A DNA stretch of 60,674 nt, filler included, from Basidiobolus meristosporus CBS 931.73 (GCA_002104905.1; 3 parts of 3 records of this genome joined end to end with filler, not necessarily neighbours in it); one strand, 5' to 3'; numbered from the whole stretch's first letter, positions 25,344 to 38,185 are shown. Program-made: numbers and translations. Notes: generated by a model from the letters alone, not told the origin.

Positions 25344-26602
25344 TTTATGAAAAGTAAAAAAAGCAAGGAAAGCACTACTCTGAGCAACATAAGTAAGATT
25401 GAGTAAAATAACCAGTAACTATATCCTACAACTGGCAAGGTGGTGGAAATTATAGTGCAAGACAGTGCCAGAGAGTGCCAGATCCATCCGCTGCTATAAA
25501 CAGGCTGGCACTATATGGCACTGTTCAACAGAACAAGTCTATAGAGTACTTTTTTAAAGGTCAGTGTATGGCTTCCTTCACTGCTTGTAAGGTTTACTTG
25601 CATGGTGCCTTCTCCTACTGCGTCAAGCATTCTATTGTCACCCTTGAAGACCTTCTTGATTGGAATTTCTGGATATTAAGTGAAAAGTACTTATTGGCTT
25701 GTAAAGTGTTGAGATGCTCCAGAGGCAATATATAACACCTGAGAATCCTTTTTTGTGGTCATATATAATGCAGATATGAATAGTCTATGTTCAGTTGTTG
25801 CAGCATCTCCATATTTATGCTTGTTTTGCTGATTATCTTTCTTTTTGAGACACCAGTCTGATGTGTGTCCTTTCCTCTTGCAGTAGTTGCAAAACAGGTT
25901 GCGGAAGCCTTTGCAGGGTCTTGGGTACCACCTTTATTGATTTTCATTGCTTATTAAAGCATCTTTGTCTTCCTTCTTATTGGCGCTTGAGATTCTGAAT
26001 TCATCATCCAGGAGCCTTCCATATGCATAATTTAAGGTCAAATCTTCAGTTCTGGACTCTAGGGCTCATACAAGGCCCTAAAACTTGTCTGTCAGGCTAT
26101 TCAGGATGGTAACTATCACATTTTCATCAGTAATTAGTACACCCACAGACTCCATTTTATCCACCAGCAGGGTAATTCTCTTAATTAGATTTTTCATTTC
26201 TTCTCCTGGCAGCATCTTTGTAGTAAAGAATTTTTGTCTCAGATACATTTTCTTAGCAGCTGGGCATGACTGGTAGGTGCCATCTAATGCCTTCTAAGCT
26301 TTCTTTGCCATTTTTGCTCTTGAGCATTGAATTAGCAATTTGTCTTTAACATTGAGGCAAATGCAGTTAAAGGCACTTTGTTCTTTCTTCTGGTACTTTA
26401 AGGCTTCCTCTTCCATGTTTTTAGGAGGGCATTCTTCTCACATGGCAATATCCCAAAGGCCTCTTTCTTGCAGCAGCATCTTCATCTTCACCTTCCTAAC
26501 TTGGTAGTTAGATCCATCCAACTTTTCAGCAAAGAGAAAAATTCCAGTAATAGTAGTAGACATTGCAGAGAGTGACAGCTTGGGCTCTTAACCTGTAGTA
26601 AG

Positions 26603-28175
26603 CTATAGTCTTATCAAATCTCTGCTTCATCTTTTCTGCACTTTGAGATACTTTAATCTGTGCCTCTTGATGTCTTTGTTCCAGTTGCTGGTGTCTACTT
26701 GGCTGACTGAGTTCATCTTCTAATGTGTCTGTAAGCTTTGGTTGCGTGAGATCTCCTGGAATCCATGGTTCACATCCATACACTAAGTAAAATGGTGATT
26801 GCTGGGTGGTGTTATGTACTCTGACTCTGCATGCAAAAAGTGCTTAGTCTATATACTCATCCCATCTACTGACAACTCCATTTGCATACTTGGTCAGCAT
26901 TTTTCCAAATAATCCATTCAACCGCTCAGTGACTCCATTAGTTCTGGGGTGATATGCTGAGGTTTTCAGGTGTCTGATCTGCTGCATTTCCAGGTAAGAC
27001 TCTAATGTCTTTGCCATAATGCTTGCTCCTCCATCATATAAGATCTCCACAGGGCATCCAAACTTCATCAGGATCTCATGGTAAATGAAACTTGCAAATT
27101 CTTGTTCACTGGCTATTGGTACAGCTTTAGCAACTGGCCATTTAGTGGCATGGTCAATTGCTACTAGGATCCAATGGTTGCATTTCCTGGTAGTTGGCAG
27201 TCTTCCAATAAAGTCAATTCCCCATCTTTCAAATGGTCTTACAGGCTCCAAGGGAAAGAGTTTGGCAATTCTCTGTGGTTAGCCTTGATTGATTTGGCAG
27301 TTTGGGCATGTTTTCACTAGCTTCTCAATATCTTGTTTCATTCTGGGCCACCATGCTCTGGCTTTCACAAGACTTTAGGTTCCTTCAATTCCAAGATGTC
27401 CATATCCATTGTGTAGCTTATGTGTTAAATCCAGGCAAGAAACATAAGGGCAATAGGCAATAGGGCTTCCATCAACAATTTGGTAGAGTGTTTCATCCTG
27501 TACTACAAATTTGCTGGCTTTATCACGGATTATCTTCTTGATATCTTCATCCACCTCATTAGGAATGGCTTGGTCCTTCAAGTACTTTGGTAATAGGCTA
27601 GGCCAATCTGATTCATGCACCCGGTTGAGTTGTGCAACTTGATCTAATCTTGATAAGGCATCAGCAACTGTGTTGTTTTTTCCAGGGCAGTAGACAATCT
27701 CCAGGTCAAATTGCTGAATGTATTCACTCCATCTTGTCATTCTTCTAGAGAGTACCTTCTGAGCAAATATGTACTTGAGGGAGGCATGATCAGTCTTCAC
27801 AGTGCATTTGACTCCTTCAATATAGCATCTCCATGCCTTCAAACAGTGTATTATAGCAAGCATCTCCTTCTCATGGACTGGATTGTTTTGTTTGGCTGAG
27901 TTTGGTTTCTTGGATTCAAAGGCAACAGGGTAGTCCTTTCCCGCGTGTTCTTGGTTTGGCACTTCACCAATTGCATAATCTGAAGCATCTGTGCACAGAG
28001 TGAACTCTTTTATGAAGTCTGGTATTCTTAAGCTTGGCAGCTTAGCAAGTTCATTCTTGAGCATCTGGAAGGCAGTCTCACAAGCTATGTCCCACTTGTA
28101 GGTATTGTCTTTCTTGAGGATATCAGTTAAAGGGGCTGCAATACTTGCAAACAACTTGACAAATCCCAATAATAG
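26603..28175 (-). mobile_element. Ty3/Gypsy pol fragment (RT connection, RNase H, integrase), decayed, cut by the contig end
   Basis: LCTDASDYAIG...PVAFESKK...HEKEMLAII (RNase H), HNGYGH and TCPNCQ (integrase Zn site), and WGIDFIG...NGVTERLN (integrase core). Order RH-IN indicates Gypsy. Confidence 0.92.
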
Positions 28176-28275
28176 NNNNNNNNNNNNNNNNNNNNNNNNN
28201 NNNNNNNNNNNNNNNNNNNTTAATTAATTAANNNNNNNNNNNNNNNNNNNNNNNNNNNNNNNNNNNNNNNNNNNN
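28176..28275. other. Artificial contig spacer
   Basis: 44 N + TTAATTAATTAA (stops in all six frames) + 44 N. Confidence 0.98.
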
Positions 28276-28706
28276 TAGACCATTGCCTTCTGTGAGAGAT
28301 GCGCTTGTTGCCACTTCAAAGTTGGATATTTCAGTGGAAACAGACATCAAGTATAGCAAAAGTAAATTTACAAAATAAAACGAGTAACATATTACTAGTT
28401 ATACTCAGTCATTGGCATGTATGTACACACAGGAATAGCGGCCCTTGTCGCTGTACATAATGTCATTATTTGCACTGAAGAGAAATATGGGCAGTGGTGA
28501 TAGAACCCTAGATATACACTGAGGCTGACATTCCAGTGCATGCGTCTTATATGTGTTACAGGTTTCCTCAATAAAGTCATAAACGAATGCAAAACATGTA
28601 TAATGTAATAAAACTCACTTTATGCCCTCCGTTTAACCTTATTATATAGCCTCCCATGCTATATAGCGGCCTATGCAACCAACTTATTGCTCAGTTATTC
28701 TTCAGC

Positions 28707-29189
28707 ATGCGCTCTACTACCATAGCAGTGATTCTAGACCTTGCCGCTCTTCAAGTTGCCGTTGCTGCCCCAATCGGCTGTTCTTCTCCATGCACTCGCG
28801 AGTATAGAAGAGCTCATTATCGTAATTTACCATGTGCGCAGTATGCGAGCGATTGCTCCAAAAATATTCGAGTTTTGCCTGTCGTTAAGACGGCCAATGT
28901 CCAGTCCCCGTTATTTCGACAGGTTTTCACCACGGTGACCAGAAAGCACGATAACCTGAACATTACTAATGCCAACAGCAACAAAGGCTTGAACGTCAAG
29001 TATCAAACAGCGCTCAGTCCTGAACTGGAGGGTGGGGCCAGCGCATTAGAATATGCCAAGCAAAAGGATGATAGTTCTTCATATCCCTACGTTCTGATGC
29101 AGTCCACCCAAGATGTGCAATACACAGCCCCTGTAGCAGAGACGCAATGCGTAGAAGATTGCCCAGAGCAAAACGCTCAGTACAATTAG
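28707..29189 (+). CDS. Small predicted secreted protein (160 aa), no family recognised
   Basis: The ATG at 28707 gives MRSTTIAVILDLAALQVAVAAP (signal-peptide-like, AVA-AP cleavage). Cys-containing N- and C-termini, open frame and normal CpG content. Confidence 0.55.
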   Translation: MRSTTIAVILDLAALQVAVAAPIGCSSPCTREYRRAHYRNLPCAQYASDCSKNIRVLPVVKTANVQSPLFRQVFTTVTRKHDNLNITNANSNKGLNVKYQTALSPELEGGASALEYAKQKDDSSSYPYVLMQSTQDVQYTAPVAETQCVEDCPEQNAQYN

Positions 29190-30691
29190 TATGATGACAA
29201 TTGCGCCTAACTCAATGAGCTGAAAATGTAGGCAGTCATCACCACGCTACTACTGAAAATCTTCAATCAATAAAATTCAAATGGCATTCTTATATTTGCC
29301 CTCACTTGTGATTAGCTTTAACTGTGCCTCCAGCGCTTTTTATTTGCACACACCTGTATCATTATCAGAACTGCGGGCATTAGTATTAGATATTCGCTTA
29401 CGCACTAAATACTAACCCTCAGTCTTTAGTAATGCTGCCCACCACCGAAAAGTATGAAATTAGAGAGAATATTTAGACTTAGCTACTTAGTGATTGTTAG
29501 TATTGTGATATTTCCTCTTAAGGTTGCAGCAATCATTTTTGTGCAAGCCTCAAGAATATAATAAAAGTGAAGAGACTGCGACCTGAATGCAGTGCCTTGG
29601 ACCACTCGGCTACCTCACCAGCTCGTACTTTACGAGTTTTCAATCAAGTATTCTTGAAGTACTGCCATCACTCGAAGCAAGCATCTTAAAGTATCTTCAC
29701 CTAGTGCTTTTGTCGTTACCCATTAGCGTATTTTCATAATGAAGAAATGGCGATTGAATTTACGATCATTAACCCTCTAACCCTCCAACCCTCTACATGA
29801 TAAATAAATCCAAGATCCCGGGTTTGGCAGTCTAAATTAAACTGAAAATCAATGGATGCCTCAAAGACGAAGAGCATAGATCTTTTCCTAAGTAATGGTC
29901 AATAAGTTAGTAAGTTGTAAGCGGAGCAATTGTCTAAGACTTTTGGACTCGCAGAATTGGAGTTGAGCCAAATGTTTATTTGTTAGCTATATTGACTCTA
30001 TCACTATTTGGAAATGATCCCAATTTTACATCATATCTAGATTCTGTGGTTTCCATTTCTGCGAATCTCACATTCCCTTCAAGGGACAAACCATATGGCA
30101 CCAAATCTCAGCTCCTAGATAGATTACACATATTAGTAACTATGATCGCCCTACAATTACCCTACAATTACAATTACCCTACGATTACCCTACGATTACC
30201 CTTATTCCATGCTGATTGGGATTTCTTTGCACTAATCAGCGTGTCTCACCAACTGCTTGTTAGTAAGGTATGTCACTGGCCGTTACTTGCCACATAAATT
30301 AGACTTTGGTGTGGTTGAAATACATGGCAAAGCAAGTGAGAGAGCCTTCAAAACATGGATACTCCCCACTGTTTTAGGTACTATAGCATACGCTCTCCCT
30401 CCTGTTACATTGCTTGAACCTTATACTTCTTTGCGGCATAAACCCCCCCCATCCGATCGCAGAAATTTTTGCAAAATCTTGTAGGAATGCTGCTCTATAT
30501 AGTTTGCAAATGGATTTGTCAGTCGGAATTTAATTGAGTAAATACTTGATCAGAGCCGTAAGTTGGAAGATTCTTCAGTGGAAAGTGCACCAATTACTGA
30601 AGAGCTTGAGACAAGCAAACCTTGTAGCAAGAACATATATAAATTGGATATCTGTAAGCTAACAACGTCGTAAGCTTTTGGTGCACGCAAG

Positions 30692-31916
30692 ATGCTAAGT
30701 TTTCGTTTGCTTCTTTTGATTGTACTTGCTGCTGTGTCCTTGTCGGTTTTCTATTTATGCTTCCTAGGCCATCATACTGCTCCAGACTTGACAGGCATTC
30801 ACCAACCGCAATTAGCTCACTCTTATGAAACATATCCGGAGTTTGCAGTTGCCCTGAAAACAGGAAGAGACGTAGTTGCCTCGCGATGCCCAATTCAAAC
30901 CAGCACATTTCTCAGTCGGGTGAAAAATCTGATTGTAATTGCTGAATCATCAGAAGTCTCCCTTGGCGATATCCCTGTTTACGATGTGTACTCAAGCACA
31001 CAAAAACCATATCGTAAATCACGTCGCAGCCCACAACTGGAGTATCTTGGAAACAAAACACACTCGCTCAAGAAACGTGAAAGCGATGCCATTGTTATTG
31101 ATCAAGACAGTCTAGGCTGGAAGCTGGACGCGCATAAGAACATTCCTGGGATGCGTCTCCTCTACGAGAAATTCCCAAATGCAGAATGGTATGTCATGCT
31201 TGACGACGACACATACGTTCTCTTTTCAAACCTTCAAAGGCGGATTAAAAGCCTGAATCTGAATCCAGCCGACCCCCATTATCTTGGATCAAGCACTGTT
31301 TTCACTGGGTGCGATGGCGTTACCTCGTTTGATGATAGCCCCTCCTTTGCCCATGGCGGCAGTGGAATAGTAGTGTCCAATGGGGCTGTGAAAAAGATGA
31401 TGGAAATAGTCGACAACTGCATTCGATCGCTATCATGATTGTTGGGGTGGTGATATTCGTCTAGCTCTCTGTCTGAGAGATGCTGGTGTTTTACTTCAAG
31501 GCCAAAGTGGATTCCATTCAGATCCACCAAATACGAAATTCTCCTTCAAAGATCGAGACCCGTGTGAGAGACCCATTACTTTCCACCATTTACTACCACA
31601 TCAGGTTCAACTACTGTATGAAGCTGACAAGAAAATGCATGGAGATGTTACCTATTCGGATGTGGTGGACCGTTTTAGCCGCTTGAAGAGCAACATTACC
31701 AGTCAACACGATCGACCAGGCCATGACTACAAGACATTGACTATCAGCTTAGCCGAGTGTCAGGCGCAATGTGAAAACGACAAACTATGTCAGTCCTGGT
31801 CACACTCCAATGGGAGTTGCAAACTGAAAGATTCAATGCCCGACATGACTGAGGTTAAAGACGAGAAGACATTTACAAACAGCTACCCATTGCATTATAC
31901 CTGCGCCAACAGATGA
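30692..31916 (+). CDS. Fringe-like/GT31 glycosyltransferase (type II membrane) with C-terminal PAN/apple-like module; single +1 frameshift at ~31424
   Basis: N-terminal TM anchor, VALKTG, WYVMLDDDTY (DxD), YLG and FAHGGSGIVVS. From 31431 the next frame reads YHDCWGGDIRLALCL...ERPITFHH and stays open to 31916, ending in ECQAQCENDKLCQSW...CKLK. Confidence 0.8.
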
Positions 31917-33122
31917 ATCCACCCTTTTGCTAGTCAACAGCCATCAATCATACGTATAGACTAGTTGAATATTTTCAGTGCTTTGGTAAGTAGCTCCCAG
32001 GGTTAATTTGTATATTTATAAATTGAAAGGCAGCCTAACAATTCCTGTCTTGATAAATGTTGCAACTACTATCCAAGCCACACCTAGTCTCAAACTACTG
32101 CCAGCTGGGACAAAGATGCGGTAATACGCTTCACTTAAAGGTCATTTTCACGTAGTAATGAAAGATGATCGGGCAGTCCCAGCCAAAACCACATAAGTGA
32201 TTATACCAAGCGATTGTACCCTACCCAATCCATGTCCAGCATGTCTGCAGCTATCTTACCCCATATTTGGTAGATTGTCATCCCACAATGAGACGTATTA
32301 TAGATAAGATGTTGCGGATGTACCGTTTTGGCTGCTTGATTGTTTTGAGAAACTGAGGATACCAGAATAACTGGATTGGATGCCTTTTTTTGCACTAGGT
32401 TACTTCCCTCATTTGCGCAAAGTTGCCTTCCAAAGTATGAAAATTTCTCTGGCTTATCATAACAATAGAGAGATCGGCGCCACTAACATATCATATACTT
32501 TCCAATTACTATGGCATCAGCTTTATACACACCGCATTTCATGGCTAGCAATGTTAATGAGCAATATTAATGCTGAATTACCGTATAGTAAGAATACTCA
32601 AGGAGCAATCACTCAATTTTACTTCCCTTCCTCTGAGCATGCATCGATGATTTGTTAGCTTTCGTTGAATCAATGTAGTATTATAAATATCACTTATACA
32701 TTAAATAAATAGCCAAGTGAAAACTGCATAACCCATTTGCTCTCCCAGTCACTTCCAATAGCTTCAAAACTTGTATAAAAATATATGTTATCCAAAAGTT
32801 TGCACATTTGCAAATCCACCTAAGCTCTGACAATATATTTCTGAGGCTAGGACTCTCACTTATATGCTGTAGTAGAATGTTCCTTGCATTTACATATTCA
32901 AAGCAATGAATGTGGCACTTGAGCTGTATATTTCAAATTATTAAAGCTACAAAATTGCCAAGGAGTAATTGTGCCATTCCCAACCCTGAAGATTCAGGGC
33001 TTGGGAGATATATGAGTGTGAGCTATATAAAAAATATTATTGCTTGTACTACCAAAGATTTCATCTCAATACCCAACATGCCAATTGTGTTGACTGCATT
33101 TTGTGTTTAATCCACTGCAAAG

Positions 33123-33786
33123 TGTTGTAAGAGTCTTGGAGATATTGGAAGTGATTGGGTGGACAAGTAGATTATGTGGTTTTCACTTAATGATTTATTG
33201 AATGTAAAAGTAGTATTTATACTTTTACCTGGTCTTGGCATTACAAAAACGTAGAATAGGTTAAGGAAGGTCCCAAGAACATGTGTGCAAAGTTTGGGGC
33301 TGTTTGGACAACTTATCTAATTTTCATATTCTGGGTAAATATTCTAAGTAAATTCCGACAAGGAATTTGGTCAGTATTCTCTAGGATTTGAAGGTAATGA
33401 TCTTGTTGTAAAAATTTGTATTTCCACCTAAATATTCACCTAACTTAGTCACTTAGATCATCACCTTCAAATCCTAGAGAATACTGACCAAATTCCTTGT
33501 CGGAATTTACTTAGAATATTTACCCAGAATATGAAAATTAGATAAGTTGTCCAAACAGCCCCAAACTTTGCACACATGTTCTTGGACCTTCCTTAACCTA
33601 TTCTACGTTTTGTAATGCAAGACCAGGTAAAAGTATAAATACTACTTTTACATTCAATAAATCATTAAGTGAATCCACATAATCTACTTGTCCTCCCAAT
33701 CTCTCCAAATATCTCCAAGACTCCTACACAGATCTAAGTGACTAAGTTAGGTGAATGTTTAGGTGGAATTACAAATTTTTACAACA
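33123..33786 (-). mobile_element. Copia solo LTR (minus) with a second solo LTR (33404-33730, plus) nested inside
   Basis: Outer TSD CAAAG (33118-33122, 33787-33791) and inner TSD GATCT (33399-33403, 33731-33735). Confidence 0.92.
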
Positions 33787-33907
33787 CAAAGCTCTGTGTT
33801 TTGAGGAGCTTCTATCCCAGAAAATACACAATGCTCTGGGCAGGACTGGAAGCAATCAGGAGAGCAAGAATAGCATTGTAGCAATCACTTGTTGCTCAAA
33901 TAGGCTT

Positions 33908-34154
33908 TGCTGTAAGAGTCTTGGTGATACTGGTAGTGATTGGTAGAGCAAGTAGATTTTGCAAAGCAAGCACATAGAATATGTCTAGGAAGGTCCCAAG
34001 AGCATGTGTGCAAATTCTGGGGCTGTTTGGACAACTTTGAGATGTTTCATGTTCTGTGTACCTGATGTTTTGATGAAAATATTCAAAGTAAATCTGACAT
34101 GAAACTTGCTCAGAATTCTCTAAGATTTCTTGGTAAAGATCTAAGTGACTAAAC
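33908..34154 (-). mobile_element. Older diverged Copia LTR, cut by copy 3
   Basis: TGCTGTAAGAGTCTTGG...GATCTAAGTGACTAAAC matches the LTR reverse complement with many substitutions. Confidence 0.8.
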
Positions 34155-37100
34155 TGTTGTAAAAATTTGTATTTTCACCTAAATATTCACCTAACTTAGT
34201 CACTTAGATCATCACCTTCAAATCCTAAAGAATACTGACCAAATTCCTTGTCGGGATTTACTTAGAATATTTTCACCAAAATACCAGGTACCCAGAACAT
34301 GATAATTCTCAAAGTTGTCCAAACAGCCCAAACTTTGCACACATGCTCTTGGGACCTTGCTTAACCAATTCTACGTGTTTGTAATGCCAAGATCAGGTAA
34401 AAGTATAAATACTACTTTTACATTCAATAAATCATTAAGTGAAAACCACATAATCTACTTGTTCTCCCAATCACTTCCAATATCTCCAAGACTCTTACAA
34501 CAGGTTATGAGCCCCAAGCTGTCACTCTCTGCAATGTCTACTACTGCTATTACTGGAATTTTTCCCTCTGCTGAAAAGTTGGATGGATCTAACTACCAAG
34601 TGTGGAAGGTGAAGATGAAGATGCTGCTACAAGAAAGAGGCCTTTGGGATATTATCATGGGAGAAGAATGCCCTCCTAAAAACATGGGAGAGGAAGCCTT
34701 AAAGTACCAGAAGAAAGAACAAAGTGCCTTTAACTGCATTTGCCTTAACGTCAAGGACAAATTGCTGATTCAATGCTCAAGAGCAAAAACAGCAAAGAAT
34801 GCCTGGAAAGCATTGGAAGACACCTCCCGGTCCTGTTCAGCTGCCATGAAAATGTATCTGAGACAAAAATTCTTTACTACAAAGATGCTGCCAGGAGAAG
34901 AAATGAAAAATCTAATTAACAGAATTACCCTGCTGGTAGATGAGATGGAATCTGTGGGCGTACCAACTACTGATGAGGATGTGATAGTTACCATCCTGAA
35001 TAGCCTGACAGACAAGTTTCAGGGCCTTGTATCAGCCCTAGAGTCCAGAACTGAAGATTTGACCTTAAATTATGTATATGGAAGGCTCCTGAATGAGGAA
35101 TTAAGAAACTCAAGCACCAATAAGAAGGAAGAAGAAAATGCTTTAATAAGCAATGATAACCAACAAAGGAGGTACCCAAGACCCTACAAAGGCAACAGCA
35201 ACCTATTTTGCAACTACTGCAAAAGGAAAGGACACACATCAGACTGGTGTCTCAAAAAGAAAGATATTTAGCAAAAGAAACCTGAATATGGAAATGCTGC
35301 AACAACTGAAGATAGACTATTCATATCTGCACTAAATATGACCACAAATAAGGATTCTCAGACATGGTATATTGACTCTGGAGCTTCTCAACACTTTACA
35401 CACCAAAAAGAACTTTTTACCCAATATCAAGAAATTCCAATTAAGCAGGTTTTCATGGGTGACAATAGAACACTTGATGCAGTGGGAGAAGGAACTATCC
35501 AAGTAAACCTTAGAAGCAGTGAAGGAAGCCATACACTGACCTTTAAAGAAGTACTCTATGTACCAGAAATAGCCAAGAACCTACTCTCTGTAAGCAAGGC
35601 CACAGCAGAAGGACTCAGTTTCAGTTTTGACAATTCTGGATGCAGGATCACTGATCAAAATGGTGCCCATATTGCTTCAGGCATCAGAGATCAGAATCTA
35701 TACAAGTTGAATTATATTCCATCATATCTGGAAGCCAATATAAGTAACTTAAATGAAGAAACACCAATGCTTTGGCACAGGAGATTTGGGCACATCAATT
35801 TTGATTATTTGCGTAAAATGATCAAAGATCAGCTAATTTCTGGAGTGAAAATTGATCCCCCAGCTAATCTGGAGCACTGTGAAGCCTGCATATATGGGAA
35901 ACAAGCCAGACAACCGTTCAAGAGCTCTGGGTTAATCAAAACTAAGAAAAAATTAGATCTAATTCACTCAGATCTGTGTGGACCTATGCAAAATTTATCC
36001 TTAGGCTGAATGAAGTATTTAATCACTTTTATTGATGATTAAACAAGATACACATGGGTCTACTTCATGGAGAGAAAGGAAGAAGCTCTGTCTAAGTTCA
36101 GGGAGTTTAAAGCCATGATGGAGAGAGAAACTAGTGAAAAAATCAAGAAAATACGCTCTGACAATGGTGGAGAATTTACCTCAAAACTCTTCATCCACTT
36201 CTGCAAAATTCATGGGATAAAGCAAGAGACTACTGTACCATACTCCCCACAGCAAAATGGAGTAGCAGAATGAGCTAACAGATCAATAATTGATATGGCA
36301 AGATCTATGATCCATGATCCAAAATTATCCTATGATTTTTGGGCGGGATCAGTTGCCACTGCTGTATATCTTAGAAATAGGAGTTATAACAGAATACTTT
36401 GTGATTCTACTCCATTTGAAGCATGGTATGGATACAGACCAAGTGCAGAACATCTAAGGATATTTGGGTGTACAGCATATGCCAAAAAACTGGCCGGAAA
36501 TCTGTCAAAATTTGAGCCAAAAAGTGTAAAATGCATATTTTTGGGCTACTGCAATGAGAGTAAGGCATACATACTCTACAATACAGAAGCAAAGAAGCTT
36601 ATCAAGTCCAGGGATGTGTTGTTTGATGAAAAATCAAAATTTTCACAAAAAATAACATCAGATGATGACAAAAATCTGATCTCAAGTCCACCAATTGTCA
36701 GGATTGAATCAGAGCAAAACAATGAAAATTTTTTCACTCCAGAGGACTCTACAACCATGGTTCAGCCAGAATCAATGCCCAGGAATATCCCAGAAGTGAT
36801 CATTCCAGTTTCAAATGCCTGGAGATCAAATCGGACAAGAAATAGCCCAAATTACTATATCAACAAGGGTACAAACTTAGCCTATGCCTATTCAGTCCAT
36901 ATTGATGAACCCCAGACTGTAAAAGAGGCCCTAAATAGCCCTCAGACAAAGTTTTGGAGATCTGCAATGACTGAGGAATATTAGACACTGATGGAAAATC
37001 AAACTTGGGACTTAGTCAAATTACCAATCAACCAAAAATCAATTGGATGCAGATGGGTCTTCAAGACAAAATACAAGGCTGATGGTACAATTGAGAGATA

Positions 37101-38185
37101 CAAAGCAAGACTTGTAGCCAAAGGATACTCTCAAACAAAAGGACATGACTATACTGAGACCTTTGCACTGGTAGCCAAGTTTAATTCCATCAGATTAATT
37201 TTGGCTATTGCAGCAAAATATAAGTTTTTTATTCATCAAATGGATGTAAAAACTGCATTTTTGAATGGAGAACTTGATGAGGACGTGTATATGGACCAGC
37301 CTGATGGGTTTATTGACCAAGATAACCCCCATTTGGTCTGCAAGCTTAAAAAGTCACTATATGGTCTCAAACAATCTCCAAGAGCCTGGAATTGCAAGAT
37401 AGATTCTTATTTGAAATCTTTGAGTTTCAAAAGAAGTAATGCTGACTATAATATATACTATAAGCCAGATAGAGCAAATCCAGTTCTATTAGCTGTATAT
37501 GTGGATGATCTTATTATAGCTGCCAATAACCTAGAAACATTGGAAGAGACTAAATCCAGCCTATCTAAAGAGTTCAAGATGTCTGATCTAGGAGAACTCA
37601 GTTACTACTTAGGGATTAAGTTCTCCATAGACAGAAGTACCCAGACTATTACCCTAAGCCAATCCAAGTATATTCAAGATATACTAAAGAAGTACAAAAT
37701 GGAAGACTGTAAACCAGCAGCTACCCCAATGGAGACAAACCTTAACTTGGTCAAAACTCAACCAAATCAAGGGAGCTTGGTGCCATCTGAAAGCCCTGAC
37801 TTTCCCTATCAATCTAAGGTCGGCAGTCTGATGTATATCATGCTTGGAACACGTCCAGATATCTCATATTCAGTGGGAGTTGTCAGCCAACATAATCAGA
37901 ACTATGGATCTGATCATATTGCAGCAGTTAAGCGGATTTTTAGATACCTAAAAGGAACTGCTGATATCTGCTTAAGATATACTTATAAGGATTCAGAACA
38001 AGATCTTATGGGATACTCTGATGCTGATTGGGGACAAAATTTAGAAGACAGAAGATCCACCACAGGATACACCTTTCTTTACTGTAAAGGAGCAATTTCA
38101 TGGAATTCAATAAAGCAACCAACCATAGCACTTTCCACCACAGAGGCAGAGTATATGGCAGCCTGTGAAGCTACAAAAGAAGCAA
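34155..38185 (+). mobile_element. Ty1/Copia copy 3, best preserved; single gag-pol frame with 5 in-frame stops, truncated in RNase H
   Basis: 5' LTR 34155-34502 and PBS GGTTATGAGCCC at 34503-34514. One frame from ATG 34507 carries the gag CxxCxxxxHxxxxC knuckle, protease WYIDSGAS, integrase HHCC/DDE and RT YVDD. Stops at 35269, 36007, 36040, 36271 and 36982. Confidence 0.96.

Larger units (their letters stand above)
18494..25540 (+). mobile_element. PIF/Harbinger/ISL2EU-type DNA transposon copy A (3415 bp net) with two nested insertions
   Basis: AGACTTGTTCT...AGAACAAGTCT termini with an ATA duplication (18491-18493, 25541-25543); Copia sequence is continuous across it. 7047 bp minus copy B plus TSD (3418) minus MITE plus TSD (214) gives 3415 bp. 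Confidence 0.92.
15222..26602 (-). mobile_element. Ty1/Copia copy 2, decayed, interrupted by a 7-kb DNA-transposon nest, 5' LTR almost entirely deleted
   Basis: 3' LTR 15222-15567, followed by the PPT complement CTCCACTCAGC. RH/RT/IN remnants at 15580-18490 and protease/gag remnants at 25541-26580. PBS complement GGGCTCTTAACC at 26582-26593, then only 9 bp of 5' LTR (TGTAGTAAG). Confidence 0.92.

Noticed and set aside
28220-28231. Palindromic TTAATTAATTAA inside N runs (also 50463-50474)
   Set aside because: Identical 44N-12-44N layout twice and stops in all six frames: an assembly linker, not biology. Synteny across it is not evidence.
34315-34506. N-terminal extension of gag in the ORF track
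   Set aside because: It relies on an alternative start codon inside the 5' LTR; the plausible start is the ATG at 34507.
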